Below are positions 7,844-16,810 of a stretch of DNA of 32,000 bases, piece after piece (within the stretch, counting starts at the first letter, position 1; each line of letters opens with the position of its first letter). A model generated the notes under the pieces. The model worked only from the letters and a program-made list of their open reading frames with translations. It had not been told where the DNA came from and did no database searches. Position numbers and translations under genes: made by a program. Location of the stretch: contig NZ_AP027741.1 in assembly GCF_030296755.1 (NCBI RefSeq), positions 1,829,475-1,861,474 of the forward strand, given 5' to 3'. This DNA comes from Methylophaga marina. GTDB taxonomy: Bacteria > Pseudomonadota > Gammaproteobacteria > Nitrosococcales > Methylophagaceae.

Positions 7844-8830
7844 ATGAAAAAATTAATCAATGCTGTGGACAGTGTGCTTGAGGAGAGTTTGAGTGGGTTT
7901 GCTAGAGCACACAGCGATATTATTCAATTCAATCAACAACCCCACTTTGTTAGTCGAAAAAATAAGTCTGAAAATAAAGTCGCTCTGATTTCTGGTGGTG
8001 GTGCTGGTCATGAACCATTACATACTGGATTGGTGGGAAAAGGCATGCTAGATGCGGCTTGTCCTGGACAGGTGTTTACATCACCTACTCCTGACCAAAT
8101 GATGATGGCTGCTCAGACTGTTGAAGCGGGTGCTGGCGTGTTGTTTATTGTTAAAAATTATGCCGGTGATGTGATGAATTTTGAAATTGCGGCCGAAATG
8201 TTGGATTGCCCACATGAAACTGTACTGGTGAATGATGACGTATCCTTACCCAAAGATCACAGTACTGGCCGTCGAGGTGTCGCAGGGACATTAATTGTAG
8301 AAAAAATCGTCGGTGCGGCTGCAGAAGCAGGCGCTGATCTAGCCACTTGTAAAAAGCTGGGTGACAAAGTCGTCAATGCCACAGCGTCGATGGGATTGGC
8401 TTTAACGAGTTGTACGGTACCTGCCTTGGGTCAACCCACTTTTGATATTACAGATAATGAAGTCGAAATGGGGGTTGGGATTCATGGTGAGCGCGGTCGT
8501 GAAATCATGAACTTAACGACTGCTGATGAGTTAGTTCAGATACTGGCTAAAGCGATTGATGAGGATTTGCAGCCGGCGAAAGGACAGCGCGTGTTACTAC
8601 ATGTGAATGGCTTTGGGGCGACACCATTAATGGAGCTGTACCTAGTCTATGATATCGCTGCTCATTTTTTTGAGGAGCGTGGTATAGAAATTGTGCGTTC
8701 ACTGGTAGGCAACTACACCACTTCACTAGATATGGCGGGTTGCTCAATTACGCTAACATTGATGGATGACGAAATGCTGCAGTATTGGGATGCACCTGTA
8801 CATACGGCGGCATTACGTTGGGGGATTTAG
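7844..8830 (+). CDS. dhaK: Dihydroxyacetone kinase, DhaK (dihydroxyacetone-binding) subunit
   Basis: 328 aa with SGGGAGHEP, NYAGDVMNF and GVGIHGERG (hemiaminal His) motifs. It has an AGGAAG RBS. Confidence 0.9.
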   Translation: MKKLINAVDSVLEESLSGFARAHSDIIQFNQQPHFVSRKNKSENKVALISGGGAGHEPLHTGLVGKGMLDAACPGQVFTSPTPDQMMMAAQTVEAGAGVLFIVKNYAGDVMNFEIAAEMLDCPHETVLVNDDVSLPKDHSTGRRGVAGTLIVEKIVGAAAEAGADLATCKKLGDKVVNATASMGLALTSCTVPALGQPTFDITDNEVEMGVGIHGERGREIMNLTTADELVQILAKAIDEDLQPAKGQRVLLHVNGFGATPLMELYLVYDIAAHFFEERGIEIVRSLVGNYTTSLDMAGCSITLTLMDDEMLQYWDAPVHTAALRWGI

Positions 8831-9486
8831 TTTTTACTTAACTCATCAGCAATGACGCAAAGAATAAGTTGTGATGTACGAGCGCCTGCATCGATGTGAC
8901 CGCGGGCGCGTTCACCCAAAAATGAGGCTCTTCCTTTTGTGGCCAGCATGTCTTTAGTTGATTGCATACCTTGTGTAGCGGCTGTTTTCATATTACTTAG
9001 AACCGTCGCTTTGTCTGCATTTTGTTCAGCATCACTTTGCAATGATTGCATCACTGGAATCAGGGTATCCAGCATGGTTTTTTCACCGATATCGGCCTTT
9101 CCTCGCGCTTTTATTGACTCAACACCCGCTGAGTAAATAGTGGAAACGGCTGTCAGATCCATATCTGGATCTTTAGCGGCTTTCCCCATACTCACAAACA
9201 TGGAACCCAGCAATGAGCCTGATGCGCCACCCATAGTAGACATTAGAGTCATACCCATTTTCATGAATGCTGCTGACCAATCAAGTTGAATCAGTTCATC
9301 ATTTTGCTTAGTCAAGGCCTCAAGTCCACGTAATAGGTTGGTGACATGGTCACCATCACCAATGGCTCGATCCAACGCAGAAATCTCCGCTTCATTGTTA
9401 ATTATTTCAGATTGAATTGCAGCGAGAAGAGTGGGGAGAAAAGTGGTATCAGTCATGTTTAGGCCAGTGAGTTTATCGCAGATCAT
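8827..9486 (-). CDS. dhaL: Dihydroxyacetone kinase, DhaL (nucleotide-binding) subunit
   Basis: Contains the LDRAIGDGDH Mg/ADP-binding motif and an all-helical DhaL-sized body. The start is uncertain (9486, or the ATG at 9456 giving MTDTTF...). Its stop overlaps the dhaK stop on the opposite strand. Confidence 0.8.
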   Translation of the reverse strand: MICDKLTGLNMTDTTFLPTLLAAIQSEIINNEAEISALDRAIGDGDHVTNLLRGLEALTKQNDELIQLDWSAAFMKMGMTLMSTMGGASGSLLGSMFVSMGKAAKDPDMDLTAVSTIYSAGVESIKARGKADIGEKTMLDTLIPVMQSLQSDAEQNADKATVLSNMKTAATQGMQSTKDMLATKGRASFLGERARGHIDAGARTSQLILCVIADELSKN

Positions 9487-9531
9487 AAAACTACTGAATC
9501 CATAGCATCAGGTCAACTGACAACCATCGTT

Positions 9532-9981
9532 TTATGTTTGCTTCGGAGGTAACGGGTGGATGGGGGGAATGATATCGGCGTTCAATAATAAGCGCCCATA
9601 CACCACACCTCGCAGTGTAATCATTTTGTCGGCGATCATGTTCAGGCGATTAGCTGGGCCTTGAACCAGAATGACTGACAGTGTGTTGGTATGGGTTAAA
9701 TTGACATTGAGGTTACTGATGACCTCATCAATGTATTCATATTGCAGATCATGAAGACGTTTTTGCAGGCCGGGTACGGAATGATTGTAAACCAGATTAA
9801 CGGTGCCGGTCATGACAGTATCACCCTGCTGGGCGCGATGTTCATTGATTTGTAAATTTATCATGTCACAAATAGCCTGAGAGCGACTTTCAAACCCCCG
9901 TTTACTGACCATTTCATCTAAACCTTCCAGCAGACTTTCAGGTAATGAGATACTGATACGACTGACTTTTTCTTTGCTCAT
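9532..9981 (-). CDS. NikR-family (ribbon-helix-helix + ACT-like domain) transcriptional regulator lacking the canonical Ni-binding residues
   Basis: The N-terminus RISISLPESLLEGLDEMVSKRGFESRSQAICDMI is an RHH motif. The C-terminal domain is collinear with E. coli NikR, but positions equivalent to H76/H87/H89/C95 read Y/N/N/T. Confidence 0.75.
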   Translation of the reverse strand: MSKEKVSRISISLPESLLEGLDEMVSKRGFESRSQAICDMINLQINEHRAQQGDTVMTGTVNLVYNHSVPGLQKRLHDLQYEYIDEVISNLNVNLTHTNTLSVILVQGPANRLNMIADKMITLRGVVYGRLLLNADIIPPIHPLPPKQT

Positions 9982-10066
9982 GCGAACTCCTGAAGTTTGT
10001 CATCATTATTGTCTGAATGGACAAGACTATCACCCAGGCTAAAACCGGGGTGATGTCACCTGATTT

Positions 10067-11436
10067 TTAGAACAAGTGGCTATAGCGCTCCACTTCCCAT
10101 GCACTAACCACAGTGTGGTATTCATTCCACTCAGCTTGTTTGTAACGAATAAATTCGTTTCTCAGCTCACTACCCAGGACTTCTTCCATAAACGGATCAG
10201 CAGCAAATGCCTGAATGGCTTCGTCCAGCGTTCTGGGTAAGAATTGAATGCCTAATTCCTCACGTTCTGCTTCAGTTAATTCATACAGATTACGTTCCTG
10301 AGGTTTACCAGGATCTAGGCCTTCTTTGATACCTTCTAGACCAGCTGCGAGCACCAGAGCGGCTGCAAGGTATGGATTGACAGCGCCATCGGCATTGCGT
10401 GATTCACAGCGACCACCACCCATCGGCACCCGAACTGAGTTGGTACGGTTATTCGAGCCAAACGAGTTAAATACCGGTGCCCAAGTGAAGTAAGGCATAT
10501 CACCCTGGCGAACCAGTCGTTTGTATGAGTTTACGGTTGGCGCAAACACCGCACATAAAGCGGGCCCGTGTTTTAATACACCGGCAATGAACTGATAGCC
10601 TAATTTGGTTAAGCCGAGGCCATGCTCATCTTCTTCAGGTTTGCACTGGAAAAGGTTAGCTCCAGTCTCCAAATCATAAAGCGACATATTAAAGTGAGCG
10701 CCTGTTCCAGTTTTATTTGAGAAGGGTTTAGGCATGAATGTCGCTAACAAATCTTCTTGTTTCGCATATTCTTTTGCCATCATCTTCAAGAAAGTAAAGC
10801 GATCGCAGCTGGTAATGGCATCAGCGTAGTTAAAGTCGAACTCGAACTGTGCATTGGCATCTTCATGATCGAAGGAGTAAAGCCCCCAACCCAGATCATC
10901 AATGCTAGTGGCCATTTTGTCTAACCAGCTAAAATTACTTAAAAAAGCGCGAGTGTCATAACATGGTTTTTTCAATTTATCATCTGGATCAGGCACAGAC
11001 AGGGTGCCATCTTCATTTTTTTCACCAGGTAAACTTCTGCTTCAATACCCAGATTCATGCCATAACCGAGCTCTTTTGCTTGTTCCAGTACAGATTTGAG
11101 TAAAACACGAGTACTGAGCATATACGGTTTTTTGTATAGGGTATTATCGGCTGGCATCCAGGCAATTTCTGGTTGCCATGGTAGTTGAATAATATGATCT
11201 AAATCTGGCACAGAGGCGATTTCATCATCATTTGGCTGCTGTCCCAAACCATCGACAGCATAACCGGTATAAAGCTCAGAGCCATGTGCCATATGATGTA
11301 AATGCGAGAGCGGGACAACTTTACCTTTCGGTACGCCATGGATATCCACATACGTACCCATGCAGTATTTCACGCCTTTGCTTTTTAATTCTTCTTGTAT
11401 TTTTCTGATTTCATCATCAGTTTTGATGTTAATCAT
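10067..11436 (-). pseudogene. Glutamine synthetase-family ligase (GlnA-like / gamma-glutamyl-amine synthetase-like), frame broken by a 1-nt deletion in an A7/T7 run (11016-11022)
   Basis: ORFs 10972..11436 (GS beta-grasp N-domain: [19 protein letters not shown]) and 10067..10996 (GS catalytic domain: [24 protein letters not shown]...R.E.R) are consecutive. Reading the run as A8 gives a continuous ...[32 protein letters not shown]... protein of about 456 aa. Confidence 0.85.
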
Positions 11437-11462
11437 GAGATTACCCTTCTTTGGTTAATGAT

Positions 11463-12227
11463 TTATAAGAGAGACTGGTGGTAGCTTTGATCAAGCGGCG
11501 GTTGTTCCTTAATTGCTCTCATCACCAGTTGAGATAAGTCTTCACACATCCATGAAAAAAGTGCTTCACCCTCAGCTTTTGTTGCAGTGGAGGGGTTACC
11601 TGTCACGCCATTTAAACTGGTGCGATTGACAGGATGGCTGAACACACAGCCATCAGTTCGGTCCGGATCATCTGCGTCAACTAATTTATCTTCACGCACT
11701 AACTCCGGGTGTAAGGCCATCATCAAAGCGGTTTCGGCTTGATTGGCATGCCAGTCTTCAGCATCGTCATGATGGGCTTTGCGAACACGTTCCGAAATTT
11801 GAGCGGTGTGAACCAAGCCGATCATCAAATCATCATGACGTGCTCTGAGCATTTCCAAGGCGCAACGAAGTGGAGCGGCATTGGTCACATGGCCATTGAT
11901 CAGTAACAGGCGTTTAATACCGGAAGAGGCTACCCAGTCACCGATATCGGAAATCATATCAATCAATGTTTTAGGATTGAGTGCCATCGTGCCTGGCCAT
12001 CTTTTAGAATGACCGATAGAACAACCATAGGGCTGGGTGGGTAATAAAATAACCGGTGTCTGCTTTGCTACTTCTTTGCATAAGGTGTCAGCAATAGCGG
12101 AATCCATACCACAGCCCATATGTGGTCCATGCTGTTCGGTGGCGCCTACAGGCAGTAAAGCGGTATCAACACCGTTTTTTACAGCCTCAGCTACTTCTTC
12201 CCATGTCATTTGTGCTAATTCATACAT
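11463..12227 (-). CDS. Creatininase-family (creatinine amidohydrolase-like) metal-dependent amidohydrolase
   Basis: 254 aa with the VGATEQHGPH...D and INGHVTN motifs characteristic of the creatininase family. Its ATG overlaps the stop of the upstream ABC ATPase (TAATG). Confidence 0.75.
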   Translation of the reverse strand: MYELAQMTWEEVAEAVKNGVDTALLPVGATEQHGPHMGCGMDSAIADTLCKEVAKQTPVILLPTQPYGCSIGHSKRWPGTMALNPKTLIDMISDIGDWVASSGIKRLLLINGHVTNAAPLRCALEMLRARHDDLMIGLVHTAQISERVRKAHHDDAEDWHANQAETALMMALHPELVREDKLVDADDPDRTDGCVFSHPVNRTSLNGVTGNPSTATKAEGEALFSWMCEDLSQLVMRAIKEQPPLDQSYHQSLL

Positions 12228-13135
12228 TAGAAAACGCTCCCAACTTCATCATTTACTGGCACCATGCGGACAAGGTTCAGGTGATCTTCATCATCATCCT
12301 GCTTGGGAGGGTGAATCAGTTCTTCCAGTCGTTTTTTAGTGGCGATAAATTCTGGCGATAAAAATTGATCTGGATTTCTAGGTTGAGGTACCGGTACTTC
12401 AATCACTTCTTGTACTTCGCCGGGATTGGCTTTTAGCACCAGAATGCGATCAGCTAGATAAATGGCTTCATCCAGATCGTGGGTAATGAAAAACACTGTC
12501 ACATCAATGTTTTTCCATATCTCCATCAGATAAGCCTGCATTTTGCTGCGAGTTTGAGCATCAAGGGCCCCAAATGGCTCATCCATCAACAGCACTTTAG
12601 GTTTATTGGCTAAAGCTCTGGCAATGGCAACACGTTGCTTCATACCTCCTGAGAGTTGATGGGGGTAGCTGTTTTCAAAACGTGCTAAACCAATTAAGTC
12701 TATCCACTGTCTAGCTTCAGCTTCTGCTGTGCCTTTGTCATAGCCAGATTCACGTAGACCAAACATCACGTTCTGCTTGACGGTTAGCCATGGAAATAAG
12801 GTATAACCTTGGAATACCATGCCGCGTTCTGGTCCCGGTTTATTGACGACTTTGCCATCCAGTTTGACTTCACCTTCGGTGGCTTGCTCAAGGCCAGCCA
12901 GAATGCGAATCAGGGTGGATTTACCACAGCCTGATGGCCCAATCACGCAAACAAACTCACGTTTATGAATGCTCAGATTGATATCTTTTAACGCGGTCAC
13001 CGTGCCATGTCGGCTTTGGAAGGTTTTACTTAACCCTGTCACTTCCATGGTGACTGGACGTTTTTTGATGCGGGCAAAACGGTCTCGAACAGCATCTGAC
13101 TGAACGCGATAATCGGGTAAGGTTGGTTCACTCAT
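12227..13135 (-). CDS. ABC transporter ATP-binding protein (NitT/TauT nitrate/sulfonate/taurine family)
   Basis: Has Walker [10 protein letters not shown], the signature LSGGMKQR and Walker [12 protein letters not shown]. The FQ...LFPW motif is typical of TauB/SsuB-like ATPases. Confidence 0.9.
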   Translation of the reverse strand: MSEPTLPDYRVQSDAVRDRFARIKKRPVTMEVTGLSKTFQSRHGTVTALKDINLSIHKREFVCVIGPSGCGKSTLIRILAGLEQATEGEVKLDGKVVNKPGPERGMVFQGYTLFPWLTVKQNVMFGLRESGYDKGTAEAEARQWIDLIGLARFENSYPHQLSGGMKQRVAIARALANKPKVLLMDEPFGALDAQTRSKMQAYLMEIWKNIDVTVFFITHDLDEAIYLADRILVLKANPGEVQEVIEVPVPQPRNPDQFLSPEFIATKKRLEELIHPPKQDDDEDHLNLVRMVPVNDEVGSVF

Positions 13136-13144
13136 CTCGTGCTC

Positions 13145-14092
13145 CTAATTCGCTTTCTGCCAAGGGAAAAGACGACGTCCAAACCAGGCGAGTAATAAAT
13201 CAATGGTCAGGCCTAAAATGCCGATCATCATGATGGCGGCGAAGACGTTGTCGAAGTTTTTGTAGCGTGCTTGTTGGGTGATAAACCAGGTAATGCCTGA
13301 GCTGGTGCCAATCAATTCCGCCACAATCAAATAGGTCCAGGCCCAGCCAAGCAGGATGCGGGTGTCGCGGTATAAATCCGGCAAAATGCCAGGTAATACG
13401 ATGCGAAATAGCATGGAGCGATTATTTGCGCCCAATGTTTGACCCGCTTCCAGTAAGGCTGGGTCCAGTTTTCGGGTGGTATTGGCGACGATCAAAACCT
13501 GCTGGAAAAAGGTACCGATAAAAATAATCGCAATTTTTGGCGCTTGATAAATCCCAAGAATCGCCACCGCCAATGCACCAAATGCTGGCGCAGGTAGGTA
13601 GCGGAAGAACTCGATAAAGGGTTCAAATAATCGAGAGAAAAAGTCATAGGTCCCAGCCAAGACGCCAAGGGGAATGCCTATGATGGATGACAAAAGGAAT
13701 CCATAAAAAATAACCTGAATACTGCTCCATAGACTTTCGTGTAACCACAGCTCACTGCTACGTTTGGGTTCGGTGGTAAACGACGTATAGAAAGCGGTGA
13801 CAACTTCATGTGGCGCGGGCAAATAAATAGGGTTGGCCGGTATGCCTTCTGGTATGGCCTTGCCTGCTGCGGAAGCTTTGTCGAGTTCAGCATTAAAAAC
13901 CTCTTTATCAACTAGCATTCCTTCACGAAAGTAACTCACAGAGCCGGGTAAAGTGACTTCTACTTCCGGGTGCCAAATAAATGGGACATAGCTGACCAGA
14001 CACCAAAGAAGAATGGGTAATACAAAACTGCTGATAGTCACTAATTGTCGACTACGCGGCTCAAGCGGTTTATTAACTGAAAAGAGTGACAT
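13145..14092 (-). CDS. ABC transporter permease (NitT/TauT family)
   Basis: 315-aa multi-pass hydrophobic protein with an EAA-like loop (LEAGQTLGANNRSMLFRIVLPGILP). It sits between the SBP and ATPase genes. Confidence 0.85.
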   Translation of the reverse strand: MSLFSVNKPLEPRSRQLVTISSFVLPILLWCLVSYVPFIWHPEVEVTLPGSVSYFREGMLVDKEVFNAELDKASAAGKAIPEGIPANPIYLPAPHEVVTAFYTSFTTEPKRSSELWLHESLWSSIQVIFYGFLLSSIIGIPLGVLAGTYDFFSRLFEPFIEFFRYLPAPAFGALAVAILGIYQAPKIAIIFIGTFFQQVLIVANTTRKLDPALLEAGQTLGANNRSMLFRIVLPGILPDLYRDTRILLGWAWTYLIVAELIGTSSGITWFITQQARYKNFDNVFAAIMMIGILGLTIDLLLAWFGRRLFPWQKAN

Positions 14093-14166
14093 AAACAGTA
14101 CCTTTGCTATTTTCAGACAACACGATCCCCTGCCTGGTCATGACATAAAATTTCAGGAAGAGGGGA

Positions 14167-14191
14167 AGGCACCGGTTGATGACCGGTGCCT
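14167..14191 (-). other. Intercistronic stem-loop between the SBP and permease genes
   Basis: 9-bp stem AGGCACCGG/CCGGTGCCT with a 7-nt loop, 10 nt after the SBP stop and followed by a C/T-rich tract. This is typical of a partial terminator or stabiliser that sets SBP excess in ABC operons. Confidence 0.5.
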
Positions 14192-14200
14192 ATTAGTCTT

Positions 14201-15166
14201 TTACTCGCCTAATAAAAGAGAAGGATCGATGTAATTATCGACAGTCTGTTTATCGGCATAGACCTTATTGTCGACATTGAATTGATCCGCAATTTCTGTT
14301 GAACCATAAAGCGAACCAAAGCCGTCTGCTTTTTTCATAAAGCCTTGAGCTTCTTCTTTAGTCAAAATCTTAGTACCATCGATAAAGGCTTTATACGCCT
14401 CGGGTTCAATACCAACGCGAGCAGCCATGATGCTGATGGCATCATCACGTGTTTTTGGATCATTGAGGTAATCAACCGCCATATACCAAGCATCGATAAC
14501 TTTTTTCCATTCATCGCGGTGAGTTGCCAAGCTTGATGGAGAAACAGCTAACACATCATAAATAAGACCAGGTTCATCGGCACTGGTGTAAATAGGTTTC
14601 GATGCTGGCACTAAATCTAATGCCTGACCTGAGTTTGGTTGCCAAGCCCCAATAGCTTCGACCTGGCCTGATGCCAAGACTTGTGGTGTTTCATTTGTGG
14701 GCACATTCACTAGTTCAACATCACTTTCAGTCATACCGGCTTTTTCTAAACCGTTCAGCAATAATAAATGATCGACAAAGCCGAGTTCGACGCCAACTTT
14801 TTTGCCTTTCAGATCGGTAATGGAGTTAATGCTGGGCGCACCCACAATCATATCGTTACCGTTACTGTAGTCATTAATCAGGATCATGACATTTTGGGCA
14901 CCTGTGGCACCTGTGACTAGAGCGTCACCATTAGTCATCGTCACCGCATCTAACTGACCCGCAGCGAAGGCGTCCATGCTAGCGACGTAATCAAACCATT
15001 CAAACTGCACGTCCACACCAACTTTATCGAACATTTTCTTTTCGATGGCGATTTCCCAAGCCACCCAACCTGGCCAATCGCTATAGCCAATTTTTAGTGG
15101 TTCTGCACTGGCATTAGCTGAAAGTAATAAACCTGCGAAAGCAGAAAGAAATAGTCTTTTTTTCAT
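14201..15166 (-). CDS. ABC transporter periplasmic substrate-binding protein (NMT1/TauA-like)
   Basis: Signal peptide [21 protein letters not shown], then [11 protein letters not shown]...DAVTMTNGD, typical of NitT/TauT-family SBPs. Confidence 0.85.
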   Translation of the reverse strand: MKKRLFLSAFAGLLLSANASAEPLKIGYSDWPGWVAWEIAIEKKMFDKVGVDVQFEWFDYVASMDAFAAGQLDAVTMTNGDALVTGATGAQNVMILINDYSNGNDMIVGAPSINSITDLKGKKVGVELGFVDHLLLLNGLEKAGMTESDVELVNVPTNETPQVLASGQVEAIGAWQPNSGQALDLVPASKPIYTSADEPGLIYDVLAVSPSSLATHRDEWKKVIDAWYMAVDYLNDPKTRDDAISIMAARVGIEPEAYKAFIDGTKILTKEEAQGFMKKADGFGSLYGSTEIADQFNVDNKVYADKQTVDNYIDPSLLLGE

Positions 15167-15183
15167 TTTAGATACCCCGGTTA

Positions 15184-15211
15184 GTATTACGATTTACCAA
15201 TTTGGTAATAC
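15184..15211 (-). promoter_or_regulatory. 28-bp palindromic operator candidate GTATTA-N16-TAATAC (NikR-operator geometry)
   Basis: Half-sites lie at 15184-15189 and 15206-15211. An inner 7+1+7 palindrome TTACCAAtTTGGTAA lies at 15194-15208. The site sits 18-45 nt upstream of the SBP ATG and immediately downstream of the sigma-54 element. Confidence 0.5.
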
Positions 15212-15218
15212 TCAGTTT

Positions 15219-15234
15219 TGCAGTAACTGTGCCA
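15219..15234 (-). promoter_or_regulatory. Sigma-54 (RpoN) -24/-12 promoter element TGGCAC-N5-CTGCA
   Basis: The minus strand reads cTGGCACagttaCTGCAa, against the consensus TGGCAC-N5-TTGCA. The GG-to-GC spacing is exact. The predicted start, near 15208, would give a leader of about 40 nt for the ABC operon. Confidence 0.6.
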
Positions 15235-15534
15235 GACCATGGGGTGTTGTATGGTTAGGAGAGAAAAACTGGTATAAATGGATGAGGCAATATTGAAGTA
15301 AAACCAACAAAAATAAGACTTTCAGCGGGTTATAGAGAATAGTAAGTGAAATGGTAATAAGAGAAGAGCTGATCTTATTGCAGAGTTTTACCTCGGCTAA
15401 TTCCAGATGCTTATGCACTAAAAAGACACGTGAATTGATAAAAAGCCCCAAAAGTGCGCGCTATTGTAGAAGCTAAATTGGAAATGATGTGTATTAAATA
15501 AAAGAGGAGATTGAGATCGTGAGAAGAAGGGTAT

Positions 15535-15566
15535 AAAAAAAGCCCCAACCCGAAGGTTGAGGCTTT
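15535..15566 (-). terminator. Rho-independent terminator of the porin gene
   Basis: The minus strand reads AAAGCCTCAACC-TTCG-GGTTGGGGCTTT followed by a T-run, about 45 nt after the porin stop. Confidence 0.8.
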
Positions 15567-15610
15567 TCAATAAGCTTTGAACCAATTCAAATGAATTGTT
15601 TCAGATTAGC

Positions 15611-16810
15611 TTACCAGCTGATAAAACCACCAACAGATAATACATCAACTTCATCATCAGATGATTGAAGGTGATATTCAGTTTCCATTTGTGAGTATTC
15701 AGCAACCAATTTCAGGTTAGCTGTTACATCATGATAGATACCGATAGTAGCCATTGCGTTGCTGTCTAAGTCAGCTGCACCACCACCTACTGCATTTGTG
15801 CGGTCTCTATCTAGTGTTGATTCACCATAAGATGCAGCAACAAAAGTTTGACCACCGAAACGGTAACCTAACTGTGCGTAGTAACCATCACCGTCACGTG
15901 CACTACCATTTGTGTTGAAAGCGCCAGTGCCTAGACCGTTAACGCCTTGACCTTTGCTGTCATAGTAAGTAGCAACTGCTTCAAAACCACCCAGGATTAA
16001 TTGACCACCGACAGTGTATGCATCAGAAGTTTCGCTACCTGTAGCATTGCTGTAACGAACATCTTGAGTCATACCATCTAACCACAGTTTCATAGAACCG
16101 CCGTCAAATGCTGTAGCGTAGCTTAAAGATGCTTCATAACGAGCGTCTTTTTCAAAGCCAGTACCAGTCGCTTGTAAAAAGTCATCAGAATCCGCAACAG
16201 CAATCGCTGCTTTGAAACCATTCATATCAGGAGTGGTGTAACGGATTTGTGAGCGCCAGTTAGCGTACTCATAACCCCAACCGATACGACCTAAAGAAGT
16301 TGTTCCAGTGTTTTGATCGCCAGCTGCTGTGACGCCAGTCGCACCTACACCGTATAAAGTTTGGTCTAACAGGATGTTGTTAGCTGCATAAAGGCCTAGA
16401 CCTTTACCTAACATGATTTGACCAAATGAACCGTCAACAGTTGCAAATGCTTCACGTTGTTCCATAGCGTCGTTACCGCCTTGGTTTTCGTTGAAGTAGC
16501 TGCCATTGTTAGTTGATGGTGAGATAGAAACACGTGCTGCCACTTTAAGGCCATTGATTTCAGGCATTGCCACGTTAAAACCAAAGAATGTAGGTAACAG
16601 ACCGTTAGCTACTTGTTGGTTGTTTTGATCGAAACCACCGTTAGCGCTGTCTTGGTCGCTAGCGATGAAGAACTGGTTGATGTTACCGTCAACGCTGAAT
16701 TCGTAGCCGTTTTCACCACCGACAACGATTGTCGCGTTAGCTGCACCAGCAGCTGTTAATGCTGCTGCACCGACTAAAGAAGCCAGTGTTGATTTTTTTA
16801 ATAATTTCAT
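15611..16810 (-). CDS. Outer-membrane porin (general Gram-negative porin family)
   Basis: Has signal peptide MKLLKKSTLASLVGAAALTAAGAANA, alternating beta-strand patterns rich in G/Y/N/A/T, and a C-terminal aromatic residue (...VGGFISW). Confidence 0.8.
   Translation of the reverse strand: MKLLKKSTLASLVGAAALTAAGAANATIVVGGENGYEFSVDGNINQFFIASDQDSANGGFDQNNQQVANGLLPTFFGFNVAMPEINGLKVAARVSISPSTNNGSYFNENQGGNDAMEQREAFATVDGSFGQIMLGKGLGLYAANNILLDQTLYGVGATGVTAAGDQNTGTTSLGRIGWGYEYANWRSQIRYTTPDMNGFKAAIAVADSDDFLQATGTGFEKDARYEASLSYATAFDGGSMKLWLDGMTQDVRYSNATGSETSDAYTVGGQLILGGFEAVATYYDSKGQGVNGLGTGAFNTNGSARDGDGYYAQLGYRFGGQTFVAASYGESTLDRDRTNAVGGGAADLDSNAMATIGIYHDVTANLKLVAEYSQMETEYHLQSSDDEVDVLSVGGFISW

Noticed and set aside
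9982-10066. NikR-type operator or autoregulatory site upstream of the NikR-like gene
   Set aside because: Only short imperfect dyads are present (TGTC...GACA, GGTGA..TCACC). There is nothing resembling the GTATTA-N16-TAATAC element, so there is not enough evidence to call a site.
15212-15451. 79-aa ORF in the gap between the SBP and the porin
   Set aside because: It lies in AT-rich intergenic DNA and its low-complexity hydrophobic, Leu-rich product has no RBS. It overlaps the predicted sigma-54 promoter and upstream control region, so it is most likely spurious.
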